A stretch of DNA of 64,000 nt from Candidatus Binatia bacterium (GTDB lineage: Bacteria; Desulfobacterota; Binatia; UBA9968; JAJDTQ01), in the NCBI GenBank assembly GCA_963666515.2, contig OY762897.2, positions 1,952,001 through 2,016,000 on the forward strand, in the 5' to 3' direction. Positions 61,779-64,000 of this stretch are shown here, one piece after another (positions within the stretch are counted from its first letter, which is position 1; each line of letters starts with the position of its first letter). The notes below the pieces were generated by a model that saw only the letters and a list, made by a program, of their open reading frames with translations, was not told the DNA's origin and made no database searches. The translations under genes were made by a program, and so were the position numbers.

Positions 61779-62126
61779 CTATCGTGCCGCCGGCGCGTCC
61801 AGCATGCGCCGCAGGGCATCGGTAACCACCGCGTTTAGGCTCATGCCCTTCCGGTACGCGTAGAGCATGGCGCGGCGGTGAAGTTCCCGTCCCGGACGGA
61901 CATTGAAGCTGCCCTTGAGCGGCATATCGGGCTTGCGCCCCTGTTCCTCGCAGAGTCTGACGTAGTCATCAACGGCTTCGCAAAACGCTCGCTTGAGGCT
62001 CTTGGCGTTCCGGCCCTCATAGGTCACAAGATCACGGATGAACTCCAGGCGACCGTGAAAGGTTTCGTCCTCCTCACTGTAGAGGATCGAACCCAGGTAT
62101 CCCCGGTACTCCAGCATGTTGTTCAT
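61779..62126 (-). CDS. hicB: HicB family antitoxin
   Basis: MLEYRGYLGSI.YS.ED..FHG...IRDLVTYEG....L..AF.EAVDDY...C, then KGSFNVR...ELH and SLN.V. Confidence 0.93.
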   Translation of the reverse strand: MNNMLEYRGYLGSILYSEEDETFHGRLEFIRDLVTYEGRNAKSLKRAFCEAVDDYVRLCEEQGRKPDMPLKGSFNVRPGRELHRRAMLYAYRKGMSLNAVVTDALRRMLDAPAAR

Positions 62127-62212
62127 ATGAGCTCCTCGTCCTCCAACACTCGGAGGACTTCGTCAACGACATACAGCTTCACGATGTTGCCGGGGTGTGG
62201 CCGATGCCAAGC
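62123..62212 (-). pseudogene. hicA: 3' remnant of a HicA toxin gene
   Basis: Translates to AWHRPHPGNIVKLYVVDEVLRVLEDEELI*; its stop overlaps the hicB ATG. No start codon lies between the upstream in-frame TGA at 62273-62275 and the HRPHP motif. Confidence 0.8.
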
Positions 62213-62272
62213 TGCTTGTGGGGGTTTTCTCGATGAGTTGGAACCAGCGGCGAAACACTCCCTTGCAGGGAA

Positions 62273-62744
<472 letters not shown>

Positions 62745-62899
62745 AGGAGGGGCGGATCAAGGCCACTCGGCAAGCGTAGGTCCTTTCACCTCAAACGGCA
62801 ACCAACTTCGGTCCCCACACGGATACCTCTGACCCCTGCCCGCCAACGCCACCGATGACCCGGCTTGAACAATCACCCGCCCCTGTCTAAGATCGCCCG

Positions 62900-64000
62900 A
62901 TGGCTGTTCGGCTGGAAACGGACGTGCTGGTGATCGGCGGCGGCATCGCCGGGGCTTTCGCGGCCTACCGGGCGCGGGAGGCGGGGGTGCGGGTGCTGCT
63001 GGTGGACCGTTCGTATTTCGGCCGCAGCGGCTGCAGCGCGCTGGCTTCCGGAGTCTACCCCGCCTACATGCCGGGCGACGACAAGGACGCGTGGATGCGG
63101 GCTTTCGGCGGACCGCTGGTGAACCAGCCCTTGGTGGCCCGGTCGCTCCCGGTCATGCACGAGCACGTGCTGCTCATGGACCGCTGGGGCGTCAACTGGG
63201 TCAAGGAGGGCCGCAAGATCGTCCGCATGGGCGCTCCCGGGCGTTCCTTCGCCAACGGCGTGTGGATGGCCGAGGGCGGGCCGCAGATGATGATGGCGGT
63301 GCGCTCGGGAGTCGTCGGAAGCGGCGTCGAGGTGCTGAACCGGGTAGCCCTGACCGAACTGCTGACCTCGGACGGACAGTTGCCCACCGGGGGGCGTGTG
63401 GTCGGCGCCGCAGGCTTCCACACTCGCACCGGGGAGATCCACGAGATCACGGCCAAGGCCACCGTGGTTTGCACCGGCCCCTACAAGTTCCCCTACCCCT
63501 GGCCCGGAAGCACGCTGGGCTACATGCCCGTCGACCTGTCCGGCGACGGCATCGCCATGATGATGCGCGCCGGCGCGGAGCTGTCGCGGCTGGAGTTGGG
63601 AGGCATCAACCTGAACCCCGACAACGCGCTGTCCGCGCCCGGCCTGGAGTCGCTCATGCCGTCGGGGGCCAAGTGGGTGGACAAGGACGGCCGGCGTTTC
63701 CTGGAGGACTACGACCCCAAGCGGATGGAGATGACCCAGCGGGCGCTGCTCTACTTCGCCATCGCGCACCAGAAGGAAAAGGGGAACGTACCTTCCATGG
63801 ACCTGCGGGAGGTTCCGCCGGAGCGGATGCAGCTCATCCGGCGGGTAATCCCCATCGTCGTCAACAACCAGGAAGCCATGGTGGGCGACCTCACCGAGAC
63901 GCCGGTGCCCTACACCTACCAGGTAGCCGGCACCAGCGGCATCTTCGGCGCCGGCGCGCGGGTCACCGAACGGGGCGAGACCACCGTGCCCGGGCTCTAC
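62900..64000 (+). CDS. FAD-dependent oxidoreductase, SdhA/FrdA/AprA flavoprotein family (3'-partial)
   Basis: MAVRLETDVLVIGGGIAG..AA..A, GRSGCS, AKATVVCTG, SGDGIAM..RAGAEL and T.VPGLY. The frame is open to the window end, so it is absent from the ORF track. Confidence 0.9.
   Translation, partial: MAVRLETDVLVIGGGIAGAFAAYRAREAGVRVLLVDRSYFGRSGCSALASGVYPAYMPGDDKDAWMRAFGGPLVNQPLVARSLPVMHEHVLLMDRWGVNWVKEGRKIVRMGAPGRSFANGVWMAEGGPQMMMAVRSGVVGSGVEVLNRVALTELLTSDGQLPTGGRVVGAAGFHTRTGEIHEITAKATVVCTGPYKFPYPWPGSTLGYMPVDLSGDGIAMMMRAGAELSRLELGGINLNPDNALSAPGLESLMPSGAKWVDKDGRRFLEDYDPKRMEMTQRALLYFAIAHQKEKGNVPSMDLREVPPERMQLIRRVIPIVVNNQEAMVGDLTETPVPYTYQVAGTSGIFGAGARVTERGETTVPGLY

Noticed and set aside
62873-63769. 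Minus-strand 298-aa ORF
   Set aside because: Antisense shadow of the plus-strand flavoprotein gene that runs off the window.

Overview
High-GC bacterial DNA. The first 24.5 kb are one giant autotransporter-type surface-protein gene, with its N-terminus outside the window. It has PKD/Ig-like repeats, 18 FN3 domains, Calx-beta/cadherin-like tandem repeats and a C-terminal beta-barrel. Two lesions break it: a 1-bp deletion at ~2875 and a 171-bp MITE with terminal inverted repeats and an 8-bp target duplication at 16541-16711. Repairing both gives one frame of 8,127 aa inside the window. The metabolic genes are two three-subunit xanthine-dehydrogenase-family molybdoenzyme operons (one with ComDE-like ThDP decarboxylase subunits and an amidohydrolase), a BisC/TorA-family reductase, a stand-alone tRNA-Sec, TctABC, ssb, mazG and several transporters. 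Accessory patches are: (i) a tandem-duplicated, translationally coupled gene pair at 35.2-40.7 kb (lipoprotein-like protein plus a PD-(D/E)xK-motif/membrane-helix protein), the best candidate for an undescribed system; (ii) an rpn gene with an intragenic SD and ATG suggesting an RpnS antitoxin; (iii) an AAA_21 ATPase + DUF4276-like pair; (iv) a CI-like repressor that appears non-cleavable; and (v) a scrambled hicB'/aspartic protease/hicA'/hicB locus. Family names come from motif recognition by eye; no database search was run.
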